Positions 16,981-26,569 of a stretch of 64,000 bases of DNA are shown here, piece after piece. The DNA comes from Candidatus Spongiihabitans sp. (GTDB lineage Bacteria; Pseudomonadota; Gammaproteobacteria; Arenicellales; Poriferihabitantaceae). Positions within the stretch are counted from its first letter, which is position 1. Each line of letters opens with the position of its first letter. A program made the position numbers and the translations under genes. The stretch is taken from the NCBI GenBank assembly GCA_965237725.1, contig OZ250151.1:2951883-3015882 (forward strand). The letters run 5' to 3'. The notes under the pieces were generated by a model, which saw only the letters and a program-made list of their open reading frames with translations, had not been told where the DNA came from and made no database searches.

Positions 16981-17847
16981 ATGTCAAAAACTATCCTTAT
17001 CACTGGTGCGTCAACCGGTTTCGGCCGCGATACCACCGAAACATTAGCACAAGCTGGTCACACGGTGTTCGCATCCATGCGAGACCCGAAAACGAAAAAT
17101 CGCGAGCATGCCGAAGCATTGCAGACAAATGGAATCGACGTTTTAGATCTCGATGTTACCGACACCCATTCCGTCGACAAAGCAGTGGCCGCTGTAGTTG
17201 CAAAGGCCGGCGGAATTGATGTTCTAATCAATAACGCGGGTGTTGCGAGTGCCGGCGTGTCGGAAGCATTTACCGATAAACAAGTATCCGCAGTTTTTGA
17301 CGTTAACATCATTGGTTTGCATCGAGTAACGCGTGCAGTGTTACCCATCCTGAGAAATCAGAACGATGGTCTAATAATTAATATTGGATCCATCGTCGGT
17401 CGTGTCACCTTCCCCTTTTTTGGGATATATGGTGCGAGCAAATTTGCGGTCGAGGCATTGACCGATAGTCTACGTTATGAAGTGTCTCAATTTGGCATTG
17501 ATATCGCTTTGGTGCAACCAAGCGCCTACCCGACCCAAATGTATGGAAGCGCCGACCATCCCGCAGACACCGCACGGGTGACTGAATATGGTGAGATTGG
17601 ACAGATTCCCGACGCAATGTTCCAGCAGTTTATGACCATGTTCGAGTCTGAAGATGCACCAAACCCACATGATATCGCCGTAGCAATCTCAAACCTGATT
17701 GACACCCCGAAAGGTCAACGCCCACCACGCACCGTAGTCGGCTCGAGCTTCGGAGCGGATGCCTTAAACGATGCAACTGCGCCGGTTCAGTCACGCACCC
17801 TTACGGCGCTCGGTCTTGATCATCTGGAGATATTGAAAGTTGCTTAA
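16981..17847 (+). CDS. Short-chain dehydrogenase/reductase (classical SDR)
   Basis: ITGASTGFGR cofactor motif, NNAG, and catalytic YGASKFAVE (Y-x-x-x-K). I prefer the ATG at 16981, after GGAGA. Confidence 0.85.
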   Translation: MSKTILITGASTGFGRDTTETLAQAGHTVFASMRDPKTKNREHAEALQTNGIDVLDLDVTDTHSVDKAVAAVVAKAGGIDVLINNAGVASAGVSEAFTDKQVSAVFDVNIIGLHRVTRAVLPILRNQNDGLIINIGSIVGRVTFPFFGIYGASKFAVEALTDSLRYEVSQFGIDIALVQPSAYPTQMYGSADHPADTARVTEYGEIGQIPDAMFQQFMTMFESEDAPNPHDIAVAISNLIDTPKGQRPPRTVVGSSFGADALNDATAPVQSRTLTALGLDHLEILKVA

Positions 17848-17854
17848 AACTACG

Positions 17855-17881
17855 CTCCGGGTCGGCAATGCCGTCCCGGAG
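17855..17881 (+). terminator. Stem-loop after the SDR gene (terminator-like, no T-tract)
   Basis: CTCCGGGTCGGC-AAT-GCCGTCCCGGAG forms 11 bp plus one T:T mismatch, 7 bp after the stop. The absence of a U-tail lowers confidence. Confidence 0.4.
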
Positions 17882-18016
17882 ATATTCCAGAGACACGGTA
17901 TTTGTGCTTGCTGTTCTTGACAATACTAATTTTCGCCACTGTGATCAGTTCCCCAGTATCACTTTTCCTTTTGCTTGTTATATTATTATCTGATTAAAAA
18001 TTATCCGTAGATTTAC

Positions 18017-18044
18017 TGGACAGTGAAGCGGTTTTCCCTACAAT
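18017..18044 (+). promoter_or_regulatory. Candidate sigma70 promoter for rapA
   Basis: TGGACA - 16 nt - TACAAT, ending 35 nt upstream of the rapA ATG. Confidence 0.3.
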
Positions 18045-18079
18045 ACCGTGCCTCATTTCATTGCCAAATTTAAGTCTGT

Positions 18080-21043
18080 ATGCAGGAATTTGTTCCCGGT
18101 CAACGATGGATTAATGACGCCCAACTGCACATGGGCTTGGGCAGTGTATTAAAAACGGATTTTCGAACCGTTACCGTAATATTCCTGGCAACCGGCGAAA
18201 CCTTTGTCTATTCCAAGGAGTCGGTGCCGCTAACCCGGGTTCGATTTGTGGTTGGCGATCATATCATTACCCATGAAGACATCGCCCTGGAAGTCACCGA
18301 TGTTAGCGAACACCAGGGTCTGATTACTTATAGCGGACGCGATCAGTCGGGGCAAATACATCAGCTCGATGAAAGCCTGTTAAGTTATTTCATCCAGTTA
18401 AATCGCCCAAGCGAAAGACTGTTCAACGGCCAGATCGACCGGGATACCTGGTTTGAGCTTCGTTACCAAACCCGAAAATTACAAACCCAGCTCGCCTATA
18501 ACCCGTTACGTGGATTGATTGGGGGTCGGGTTAGTCTGATTCCTCATCAACTTTATATCGCCCATACCGTTGCCAATCGTTATGCCCCGCGAGTTCTGTT
18601 GGCAGATGAAGTGGGTCTGGGTAAGACCATCGAAGCGGGGATGATCCTGCATCAGCAACTGGTTACGGAACGGGCACGTCGGGTGCTTATCGTTGTGCCT
18701 GAAAGCCTTGTACATCAATGGCTGGTAGAAATGCTGCGACGGTTTAACCTGATGTTCAAGATATTTGATGCTGAGCGCTATGCCTCGCTCATCGAAATCA
18801 ATGATGATGAGATAGATGATGAAAGTGTTAAACAAGCCGAGTCAAAATCCGACGTTAGAACTGATGAAGTATTGAATCCCTTCCAGACCGAGCAGCTGGT
18901 TTTATGCAGTATCGAATTCCTGTCGTCCCAGCCTGACATCTTCAAGCAGTGTCGAGATGGTGAATGGGATTTAATGGTGGTGGACGAAGCTCATCATTTG
19001 CAATGGTCGGAACAAGACCCAGGTTTCGAATATCAACTGATAGATCAGCTTGCACAAAAAACCAAAGGTGTATTATTGCTCACTGCCACGCCAGAGCAAT
19101 TGGGTAAATCCAGTCACTATGCTCGTCTGAGATTGCTCGATCCGGTGCGATTTCCGAGCTACGCGGAATTTGTTGAGGAAGAAGCCAGGTACAAGCCCAT
19201 AGCCGATGTTATGGAATCATTGCTTGGCGACGCCACAATTGACGAGAAACTGATCAAAAATATCCAGCGCATACTGGGCAAAGATCAGGCAAATGATCAG
19301 CTGGAAAAACTAAAAAGTAAAACTGATAAATCGACGGATTCTGATCCGAACTATGAACAGGATCGTGAATCCCTGGTCCAAATGTTACTCGATCGCCACG
19401 GTACCGGCCGGGTGTTGTTTCGAAATACCCGCAACACCGTCCAGGGATTTCCGGATAGAGTCGTAACCGCCTATCCTCTGGAAGCGCCCGAGGCCTATAC
19501 GGATCTCCTGGAATCCTTCGAAGACCGTCCGCTTTCTGAGGCTCAGTTGTTGTTGTGTCCGGAATTGCTTTTCCAGGCCGCAGATGAGTGGGGCGAGAAC
19601 TGGAAAAATATTGATCCTCGAGTTGATCAACTTGCAAAAATTCTAAAATCCATCAGCCCCAAAAAAGCATTGGTAATAACCGCCAGCGCAGATACCGTCC
19701 TCGATCTCGCTGAAGTTCTGCGGGTAAAACAGGGCATCGATGCTGCTGTGTTTCATGAAGGCATGAGTTTGCTCGAACGCGATCGGGCGGCGGCGTGGTT
19801 TGCGGATCAGGAATCCGGAACCCAGGTATTGATCTGCTCAGAAATTGGTAGTGAAGGGCGAAATTTCCAGTTTGCACACAATCTGGTGTTATTCGATCTG
19901 CCCCTCAACCCTGATCTGTTGGAACAGCGTATTGGCCGGCTGGACCGAATTGGCCAAAACCAGACCATCCATATCCATGTGGTATATCTGGAGAATACTG
20001 CCCAACAAATTTTGTTTGACTGGTATCACCACGGACTGGATGCTTTTCAGAAAACCTGCCCAACGGGGTATCAGGTATTTACTCAGCTCGAGCACGATGT
20101 GCTGGATAGATTGCACCAACCCAACAAAGATTATTCGCAATTGATTGAAGCCACCGCGGCACTGCACAACCAACACACCGAGGCATTGCAAAAAGGCCGG
20201 GATCGATTGCTCGAGTATAATTCCTGCAGACCTTTGGTTGCGAACCAGATCAAGGCGGATTCCCTTGAACAGGATAATAGCTCCCAGCTGCAATCCTATA
20301 TGGAAACGGTATTTGACTGCTTTGGCGTTGACTATGAAATTCATAGCGAAGGTTGTTATGCAATAAACGTTGGCACCCATATGTTGGCACCGTTTCCCCA
20401 TTTGCCCGAAGATGGTATGACCATTACCTATGATCGAGAAATAGCACTGACTTTCGAAGATGTGGACTATTTATCCTGGGATCATCCTTTGGTTACTAGT
20501 GCTATGGAGTTGGTTCAGACCGGAGAGTTGGGTAACACTGCAGTCGCAGCGGTGCCGATCCCCGATGTTAAACGAGGAACCATTGTACTCGAGTCAATAT
20601 TCATTCTGGAGACCGCATCTTCATCTCAAACCCACTCGGATCGCTATCTTCCGCCGACAACTATCCGGGTGATGATCGATCAGATGGGAAAACGTCTGGA
20701 TCAACACCCAAGTTATCGAACCATGGATAATAAGGGTGAAAAACTCAAGCGCGACATGGCCAAACGGATTATTAAAACCAAAGAGAGTCTGTTGCGGAAA
20801 ATGGTGGAAGCCAGTGAAAAATATGCGCAAAAACTGGCGCCCAAAATTCTCGACGCCGCTCGAGAAAAATCCACCACTACACTGTCGACAGAAATTGAAC
20901 GCCTAAAGGCATTGCATGCAGTGAATCCAAATGTTCGCCAGGTGGAAATTGATTATTACAAAAATCAGCTCGCGGTAATTAACCAGAAACTCGATGACTC
21001 GAGATTGCGCCTTGATGCTATTCGTGTCATTGTGGCGACGTGA
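18080..21043 (+). CDS. rapA: RNA polymerase-associated SWI2/SNF2 ATPase RapA (HepA)
   Basis: The N-terminus FVPGQRWINDAQLHMGLGSVL...VPLTRVRF parallels E. coli RapA. Helicase motifs LLADEVGLGKTIEAG, DEAHHL and SEIGSEGRNFQ are present. 987 aa. Confidence 0.95.
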   Translation: MQEFVPGQRWINDAQLHMGLGSVLKTDFRTVTVIFLATGETFVYSKESVPLTRVRFVVGDHIITHEDIALEVTDVSEHQGLITYSGRDQSGQIHQLDESLLSYFIQLNRPSERLFNGQIDRDTWFELRYQTRKLQTQLAYNPLRGLIGGRVSLIPHQLYIAHTVANRYAPRVLLADEVGLGKTIEAGMILHQQLVTERARRVLIVVPESLVHQWLVEMLRRFNLMFKIFDAERYASLIEINDDEIDDESVKQAESKSDVRTDEVLNPFQTEQLVLCSIEFLSSQPDIFKQCRDGEWDLMVVDEAHHLQWSEQDPGFEYQLIDQLAQKTKGVLLLTATPEQLGKSSHYARLRLLDPVRFPSYAEFVEEEARYKPIADVMESLLGDATIDEKLIKNIQRILGKDQANDQLEKLKSKTDKSTDSDPNYEQDRESLVQMLLDRHGTGRVLFRNTRNTVQGFPDRVVTAYPLEAPEAYTDLLESFEDRPLSEAQLLLCPELLFQAADEWGENWKNIDPRVDQLAKILKSISPKKALVITASADTVLDLAEVLRVKQGIDAAVFHEGMSLLERDRAAAWFADQESGTQVLICSEIGSEGRNFQFAHNLVLFDLPLNPDLLEQRIGRLDRIGQNQTIHIHVVYLENTAQQILFDWYHHGLDAFQKTCPTGYQVFTQLEHDVLDRLHQPNKDYSQLIEATAALHNQHTEALQKGRDRLLEYNSCRPLVANQIKADSLEQDNSSQLQSYMETVFDCFGVDYEIHSEGCYAINVGTHMLAPFPHLPEDGMTITYDREIALTFEDVDYLSWDHPLVTSAMELVQTGELGNTAVAAVPIPDVKRGTIVLESIFILETASSSQTHSDRYLPPTTIRVMIDQMGKRLDQHPSYRTMDNKGEKLKRDMAKRIIKTKESLLRKMVEASEKYAQKLAPKILDAAREKSTTTLSTEIERLKALHAVNPNVRQVEIDYYKNQLAVINQKLDDSRLRLDAIRVIVAT

Positions 21044-22047
21044 ATATCGAAGATCCAGTACAGGCGTTCAGGCAATTAACCCCAGACGAATTACTCGATG
21101 CCATCGACAACCGGTATCTGCAAGGTGATCTGAAGTGTGATGGTCGATTTCTCGCTCTTAACAGTTATGAGAATCGGGTTTATCAGGTTGGCCTCGATAA
21201 TGGCGACAATATCGCAGCAAAATTTTATCGCCCCCAGCGCTGGAGCGACGAAGCCATACTGGAAGAACATCGATTTACCCAGGACCTGGAGGAGAGCGAA
21301 ATTCCCGTTATTGCGCCGCTGGCTGACAAGGAAGGAAATACCCTGTTCCATTATGGCGCTTTTCGATATGCGGTGTACCCCTGTCGCGGCGGTCGGGCAA
21401 TGGAGGTGGACAATTCCGAACATTTAAAACAAATGGGTCGGTTTGTAGGCCGCATTCACGCTATGGGCGCAATAGAGGGTTATCATCACCGACCTCACGT
21501 TGATATTGAAAGCTATGCCATCAGGCCGAGACAATATTTGCTGGATAACAATTTTATCCCGGGAGATTTGACTGAAGCCTATGGCTCATTGACCACCCAG
21601 TTAATCGAGCAAATACAGCAGTGTTTTGACCGCGCCGGGACAATCAGGCAAATTCGCCTGCACGGAGATTTTCACCCGAGCAATGTATTGTGGACAGATC
21701 GGGGGCCACATATCGTTGATTTCGATGATGCACGCATGGGGCCGGCAATACAGGATTTATGGATGTTTCTTTCTGGGGACCAGGAATACATGACCGCTCG
21801 CCTTAAGGAGTTGCTCGATGGCTATAGTCAATTTTTTGATTTTGATCCTATGCAACTTTATATCCTCGAAGCACTGCGGACCATGCGCATGATTTACTAT
21901 TCGGCATGGCTGGCATCGCGCTGGGAGGATCCGGCATTTCCAATCGCCTTTCCCTGGTTCAATTCCATAAATTACTGGCAGGACCAAATTCTCAGTTTGC
22001 GTGAGCAGTCTGCGTTAATGAATGAAGCGCCACTACAGTGGATCTAA
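21040..22047 (+). CDS. srkA: Stress-response serine/threonine kinase SrkA (YihE/RdoA)
   Basis: LNSYENRVYQV, KFYRPQRWS, FRYAVYPCRGGR, LHGDFHPSNVLW, DFDDARMGPAIQDLWM and PAFPIAFPWF follow E. coli SrkA closely. The GTG start overlaps the rapA stop (GTGA). Confidence 0.9.
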   Translation: MNIEDPVQAFRQLTPDELLDAIDNRYLQGDLKCDGRFLALNSYENRVYQVGLDNGDNIAAKFYRPQRWSDEAILEEHRFTQDLEESEIPVIAPLADKEGNTLFHYGAFRYAVYPCRGGRAMEVDNSEHLKQMGRFVGRIHAMGAIEGYHHRPHVDIESYAIRPRQYLLDNNFIPGDLTEAYGSLTTQLIEQIQQCFDRAGTIRQIRLHGDFHPSNVLWTDRGPHIVDFDDARMGPAIQDLWMFLSGDQEYMTARLKELLDGYSQFFDFDPMQLYILEALRTMRMIYYSAWLASRWEDPAFPIAFPWFNSINYWQDQILSLREQSALMNEAPLQWI

Positions 22048-22087
22048 CCTGGCTTACCTGAATAAAGAACAACCCTGCTTAGTGAAG

Positions 22088-22858
22088 TTAATACTTCCAG
22101 GCCCACATCATGGTTTTTCCGCCGGTCAGTGTCTGGTAACCCAAAGACTCGAGATGGGCTTTCAAATTAGCGGCATTACATCCGGGTTGATCATTCGGAT
22201 GGTATTCCAGGGCGATTCGTTGGATTTGATCGAAACAGGTGGATGGGGTTTGGTATACGATTTCAAATTCAGCACCTTCGCAATCGAGTTTAAGTAGATT
22301 GATATGTTCAAGTCCATTGTCACTAATAATCTGTTCCAGGGTTTCACAGGTCACATCAATAGTCTTCGTAGCGTCATCTTGGGGAACCATCGACGCGGCG
22401 GTAGGCCAGGGGCGTTTCAGGTGGTAGTGCAGGGTCAGTATTCCAGGTTTCGCGCTAACCGCTTTGTTGTGCAGGTGAATTTCGGCGTGGGAATTGCTCT
22501 CGACGTGTTGTTTTAAATAATCAAAGTTGGGTGGCATGGGTTCATAGGCCAGCACTTTTGCATTGGGGAATCGGGATTTCAGGAAAAGTGAAAAAAAACC
22601 AATATTGGCACCAATATCGATTATCACCGGATTATTATTAGTGATTTTGGGCAAACCCCTTAAATAACAATCATCGAGGACAATTTCCTTGAACAGGTGA
22701 TACATCTGCCTCGGGACCTTGTAGGAAATTTCATTTGGACCATTTACGGTGTAAAACGTCTTTCTTCCACCCAATTTTATTTGGAAGTGAACCCACCAAT
22801 TTTCGACATAACGGAACAGATTTCTGTAGCGTAAAAATTGGTTGGCGGATTTTCGCAT
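22088..22858 (-). CDS. FkbM-family SAM-dependent methyltransferase (second copy in window)
   Basis: IIDIGANIGFFS, YEPMPPNF and LKLDCEGAEFEI motifs. Confidence 0.8.
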   Translation of the reverse strand: MRKSANQFLRYRNLFRYVENWWVHFQIKLGGRKTFYTVNGPNEISYKVPRQMYHLFKEIVLDDCYLRGLPKITNNNPVIIDIGANIGFFSLFLKSRFPNAKVLAYEPMPPNFDYLKQHVESNSHAEIHLHNKAVSAKPGILTLHYHLKRPWPTAASMVPQDDATKTIDVTCETLEQIISDNGLEHINLLKLDCEGAEFEIVYQTPSTCFDQIQRIALEYHPNDQPGCNAANLKAHLESLGYQTLTGGKTMMWAWKY

Positions 22859-23049
22859 TATTAATTATTTGAGGTTAAATCTTTTGTGCGGATTATTTGA
22901 AGATAAAATAATGTTTAAGTTCTAGTATAAAACTGTTCGCCTTATATTTGTTGATGTATTGTAATATCTGATGTTCCTAGCAAACTTTACAATTTTGTGA
23001 AGTAACGCTGATCGGCAATTAGTATCCATACGTCAAATGGAGGTCTTTA

Positions 23050-23379
23050 ATGTTTCACATGCTTAGTTGTTTTGATCTTGGCTCCGATGAGACCATCGAG
23101 GCTTACAAAGAGTCATTGGACCAATTTGTTGACCACATGAAGCAAATCGGTTTGCTCAAATCTGTTAGCCCAATTGGGCGAAGGCAGAAACATCCAGTAA
23201 TGGATACCGACGCGGAACGAGACCATGAGTATTTTTTCACCATGACGTTTGCCAACCGCACGCAATGCGATCTCGCGGTAGATCATATTTATAATCACCA
23301 GGATCCCGGCGACACCATTCACAAACAAATGTATTCAAAAATAAAAAATCCAATTTTTATTTGCTGGCAGGACATTTAG
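23050..23379 (+). CDS. Hypothetical small cytoplasmic protein
   Basis: 109-aa ORF with a GGAGG RBS 6 nt upstream. I recognise no motif. Confidence 0.5.
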   Translation: MFHMLSCFDLGSDETIEAYKESLDQFVDHMKQIGLLKSVSPIGRRQKHPVMDTDAERDHEYFFTMTFANRTQCDLAVDHIYNHQDPGDTIHKQMYSKIKNPIFICWQDI

Positions 23380-23455
23380 TTTTTCCTGGAACTAAATCGC
23401 CTAAAGCGGCATTAAATTTTATTGCTCTATAGATAACATTTTTAAAACATGAACT

Positions 23456-23764
23456 ATGGAACCTATTTCACAAATCGTAATGCAATTAGCCACAGGAATA
23501 ATTGGTGGCAACCTGGTGGGTAGTTTGATCAAAAGTCTTAGCCTGGGCAGGATCGTCAATAACATCGTTGGCGCGTTCGGTGGTGCCCTTGGCTGCGAGG
23601 CATTGGTTTTGCTGGGATGCCGGTCAGAACGCGGTGCTCGATTTGGCATCCAGTACAGTTGCTGGCGGTATTCTGGTTATATTGGTCGCGTTGTTCAAAA
23701 AGAAAGTTTTGGTATAAATCCGGTCCGGGTAAATTCAAATAGCTCGAGGTATACTTTAGGCTAA
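23456..23764 (+). CDS. Glycine-zipper small membrane protein, apparently frameshifted (corrected end would be 23717)
   Basis: The N-terminal ATGIIGGNLVGSLIKSLSLGRIVNNIVGAFGGALG is a Gly-zipper TM protein. After about 23620 the listed frame becomes non-membrane-like. The +1 frame reads DAGQNAVLDLASSTVAGGILVILVALFKKKVLV*, a plausible second TM helix. Confidence 0.45.
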   Translation: MEPISQIVMQLATGIIGGNLVGSLIKSLSLGRIVNNIVGAFGGALGCEALVLLGCRSERGARFGIQYSCWRYSGYIGRVVQKESFGINPVRVNSNSSRYTLG

Positions 23765-23789
23765 ATTTCAAAATAGCCTGGTGAGAGCG

Positions 23790-24500
23790 ATGCGACTACT
23801 GGTATTCAAACACATCGAATGTGAACACCCCGGAGTACTTCGGGATTTTCTAAAAGAAGACGATATAGATTGGGATGCAGTTGAACTGGATCAAGGTGAA
23901 CCTATTCCGGATTTGAATAATTACGATGCGCTTTGGGTTATGGGTGGCCCCATGGATGTATGGGACGTTGAAGACAACCCCTGGCTGATTCCGGAGAAGC
24001 GGGCAATTCGACAATGGGTAAATGAAATCGACAAACCCTTTTTGGGAATTTGCCTCGGTCATCAATTACTGGCGGATGCCATGGGCGGTACTTGCGGGCC
24101 CCAGGTTCCAGGAGAAATTGGATTGCTGGACATAGCCTTAACCGACGCAGGCAAGGCGGATCCAATATTTAAAGGTGCGCCGGATGTGCAGAAGTGCTTG
24201 CAATGGCATTCGGTGCAGGTATCCCAGGCGCCTGAGAACACCGCTGTATTGGCGTCATCGGGGGACTGTCAGATTCAGGCCATGCGGGTGGGTGATAAGG
24301 CCTGGTCAATGCAGTATCACGTCGAACTCGAAGCAGATACCGTGGATAACTGGGGAGAAATACCGGCGTATAAGCGAGCTCTGGAAAATGCATTGGGGCC
24401 AAGCGGTCTTTCAGACATTAAGTCCGCAACAGACGCCAACATGAAAGAGATCGTAGCCAATGCACGCATTCTCTACGATAATTTTATGGCCCAGTGTTAA
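23790..24500 (+). CDS. Class I glutamine amidotransferase-like protein (GuaA-N-terminal-like)
   Basis: LGICLGHQLLA nucleophile elbow and YHVE (His-Glu). The ATG at 23790 gives MRLLVFKH..., matching the paralogue at 58517-59248. Confidence 0.8.
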   Translation: MRLLVFKHIECEHPGVLRDFLKEDDIDWDAVELDQGEPIPDLNNYDALWVMGGPMDVWDVEDNPWLIPEKRAIRQWVNEIDKPFLGICLGHQLLADAMGGTCGPQVPGEIGLLDIALTDAGKADPIFKGAPDVQKCLQWHSVQVSQAPENTAVLASSGDCQIQAMRVGDKAWSMQYHVELEADTVDNWGEIPAYKRALENALGPSGLSDIKSATDANMKEIVANARILYDNFMAQC

Positions 24501-24508
24501 TTACATCG

Positions 24509-24529
24509 ATCAGAATAATTAATTCTGAT
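24509..24529. terminator. AT-rich hairpin between convergent genes (possible bidirectional terminator)
   Basis: ATCAGAAT-aatta-ATTCTGAT is an 8-bp stem with only two GC pairs. It sits between the GATase stop (24500) and the MaoC stop (24533). Confidence 0.3.
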
Positions 24530-24532
24530 TAG

Positions 24533-25423
24533 TCAGGGTACATCCAGGGTTGCGCTCATGGCTAACTTTCCATCAGGGTTAGTAGCCCATAGCTGGCATT
24601 GGGTGCCTTCTTCGGTTTTATTTTCTTTTAGATGAAGCTCGAAAGGTTTGTGATGAAACAACGGGCTCACAGCCTTTAAGTTCAGCTCACTAAATACCGG
24701 AATTTTTGTGCGACCCTGGAAATGCTCCCGGGCAAGCTCGAGCATCAGCGTGGCAGTAAGCGGGGCATGAAACACCAGACCCGGATATTTTTCTACCTTT
24801 TTGCAATACTCGAGATCGTAGTGAATTCGATGACCGTTAAATGTTAAAGCAGAGTAACGAAACAACAATATTGATGAAGGCGTAATTTCCCTGGACAGAT
24901 CAGCGTCGGTTGGGGCAGGGAAGGGGGAAGATTTTTGTGCCTTGGTTTTCATATCACCACGGTAGACGATGTCGTGATGCTCCTCGAGCCGTAATGTTGA
25001 TCCCGAAAACAGCCGGTGCTTCACAGTAACAAAACATAAATCGCCACTCCGCCCAGTTTTCTTCTCAATGCTTTCAACGGTTGAGGTTTTGACCATTTCT
25101 TCGCCAATAATGATTGGGCTGTGAAACTTTAATCGGGCCCCTGCCCACATTCTTCTGGGTAGCGCGACCGGAGGAAGAAAATTTCCCAATGCGGCATGCC
25201 CATCCACGCCCAGCTGATCCATCCGCGGTGCGTCGAGAAAATACAACCAGTGCCAGCAATCGGGGAGCATGTCGCCTTTCTTGTAGTCACGACCATTGTG
25301 ATTCAACGTTGCTCCCATGAAATTCGCGGGCCCAGGGTTAATTATTTCCTTCCGTTCTTCAAAACGACCCACCCATTTTTGTAGTTTCTTTTCATCCAGG
25401 GTGAGTTCGGAGATTCTTTTCAT
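24533..25423 (-). CDS. MaoC-like / double hot-dog (R)-specific enoyl-CoA hydratase (itaconyl- or mesaconyl-CoA-hydratase-like)
   Basis: 296 aa. An N-terminal FAS1-like dehydratase half is joined to a C-terminal hot-dog half (FNGHRIHYD, PGLVFHAPL). It is the last gene of the CoA-ester operon. Confidence 0.75.
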   Translation of the reverse strand: MKRISELTLDEKKLQKWVGRFEERKEIINPGPANFMGATLNHNGRDYKKGDMLPDCWHWLYFLDAPRMDQLGVDGHAALGNFLPPVALPRRMWAGARLKFHSPIIIGEEMVKTSTVESIEKKTGRSGDLCFVTVKHRLFSGSTLRLEEHHDIVYRGDMKTKAQKSSPFPAPTDADLSREITPSSILLFRYSALTFNGHRIHYDLEYCKKVEKYPGLVFHAPLTATLMLELAREHFQGRTKIPVFSELNLKAVSPLFHHKPFELHLKENKTEEGTQCQLWATNPDGKLAMSATLDVP

Positions 25424-25432
25424 AACTTAATA

Positions 25433-26569
25433 TTATTCGAATTCGATTCGAATAGATTCAGTATGCTGTCCAATCTTTGGCGCACAGGGTATTGCTTCAC
25501 CTTCCCCGGAACCATCCATTTCCAAACTCGATATTGGGCGCATGGGATACGCTACAATTTTGCCAGTAGAAGAAATGCCTTTTCGTTTTTGAAGTGCGGG
25601 ATGTTTAGATAGGACTTCCACACTATTAACCGAGCCGAAGGCCACATCTGCGTCCGATAAGCGTTTAATGGCCTCATTGCGGGTCAGGTGCGACATGATT
25701 TCATTGATAATCAAATCCATGGCTGGCCGATTTTTAACCCGATTTTTATTGCTGTTAAAGCGTTCATCGCTAGCGGTTTCCGGTTGATTTAAAACCCTTT
25801 CGCAAAGTCGATGCCATTCCCGTTCATTTTGGATTGCAATTATCACGATTTCATTGTCAGCGGTTTTATAACCGCCATAGGGCGCGATGGATGGATGATT
25901 AAGCCCGGCGCGGGCGGGAGCTTTTCCGCCATAATCGTAATGCAGCAAAGGTACGGTCATCCAGTCCGCCGCAGATCCGAACAAGGATACTTCCAGCCCA
26001 ATACCCACTCCCGTTTTTTGTCGGGTCAATAGCGCCTCTAGAATTCCAGCGTGGGCATTCATACCCGCACTAATATCACAAATTGATACGCCAACTCGAC
26101 CCAGTTCAGTTTCACCGCCGCTGATACTTACCAGCCCACTCTCAGCCTGGACCAGAAAATCGTAGGCCTTCATTTTCGCCACTGATTCGTTATTACCATA
26201 GCCGCTGATATCGCAGGTAATTAGCTGCGGGTATTTTTCACGAAGTTGTTTGCTGCCGAATCCAGATCGGGCCAGAGCACCGGGCGCAAGGTTTTGCACA
26301 AATACGTCAGCATTCTCGAGTATTCTATTGAGCAGGTCGGCATCGGCTTTTTCCTTGAAATTCAGGACCAGGGATTCTTTGCCCAGGTTATTCCATAGAA
26401 AATATGAACTGTCGCCACCAGCCACGTCATCGTAGCCCCTGGCGAAATCGCCGGTCTCCCGTTCAATCTTGATAACTCTCGCGCCGGCTTCACACAATCG
26501 TGCAGTGCATAACGGTGCCGCTACCGCCTGTTCGATGGCCACAACCAGGATGCCTTCAAGGGGCTTCAC
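25433..26569 (-). CDS. Family III CoA-transferase (CaiB/BaiF/Frc type)
   Basis: MKPLEGILVVAIEQAVAAPLCTARLCEAGARVIKIE is the hallmark N-terminus. 378 aa. The GTG start shares 1 nt with the upstream stop. Confidence 0.9.
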   Translation of the reverse strand: MKPLEGILVVAIEQAVAAPLCTARLCEAGARVIKIERETGDFARGYDDVAGGDSSYFLWNNLGKESLVLNFKEKADADLLNRILENADVFVQNLAPGALARSGFGSKQLREKYPQLITCDISGYGNNESVAKMKAYDFLVQAESGLVSISGGETELGRVGVSICDISAGMNAHAGILEALLTRQKTGVGIGLEVSLFGSAADWMTVPLLHYDYGGKAPARAGLNHPSIAPYGGYKTADNEIVIIAIQNEREWHRLCERVLNQPETASDERFNSNKNRVKNRPAMDLIINEIMSHLTRNEAIKRLSDADVAFGSVNSVEVLSKHPALQKRKGISSTGKIVAYPMRPISSLEMDGSGEGEAIPCAPKIGQHTESIRIEFE

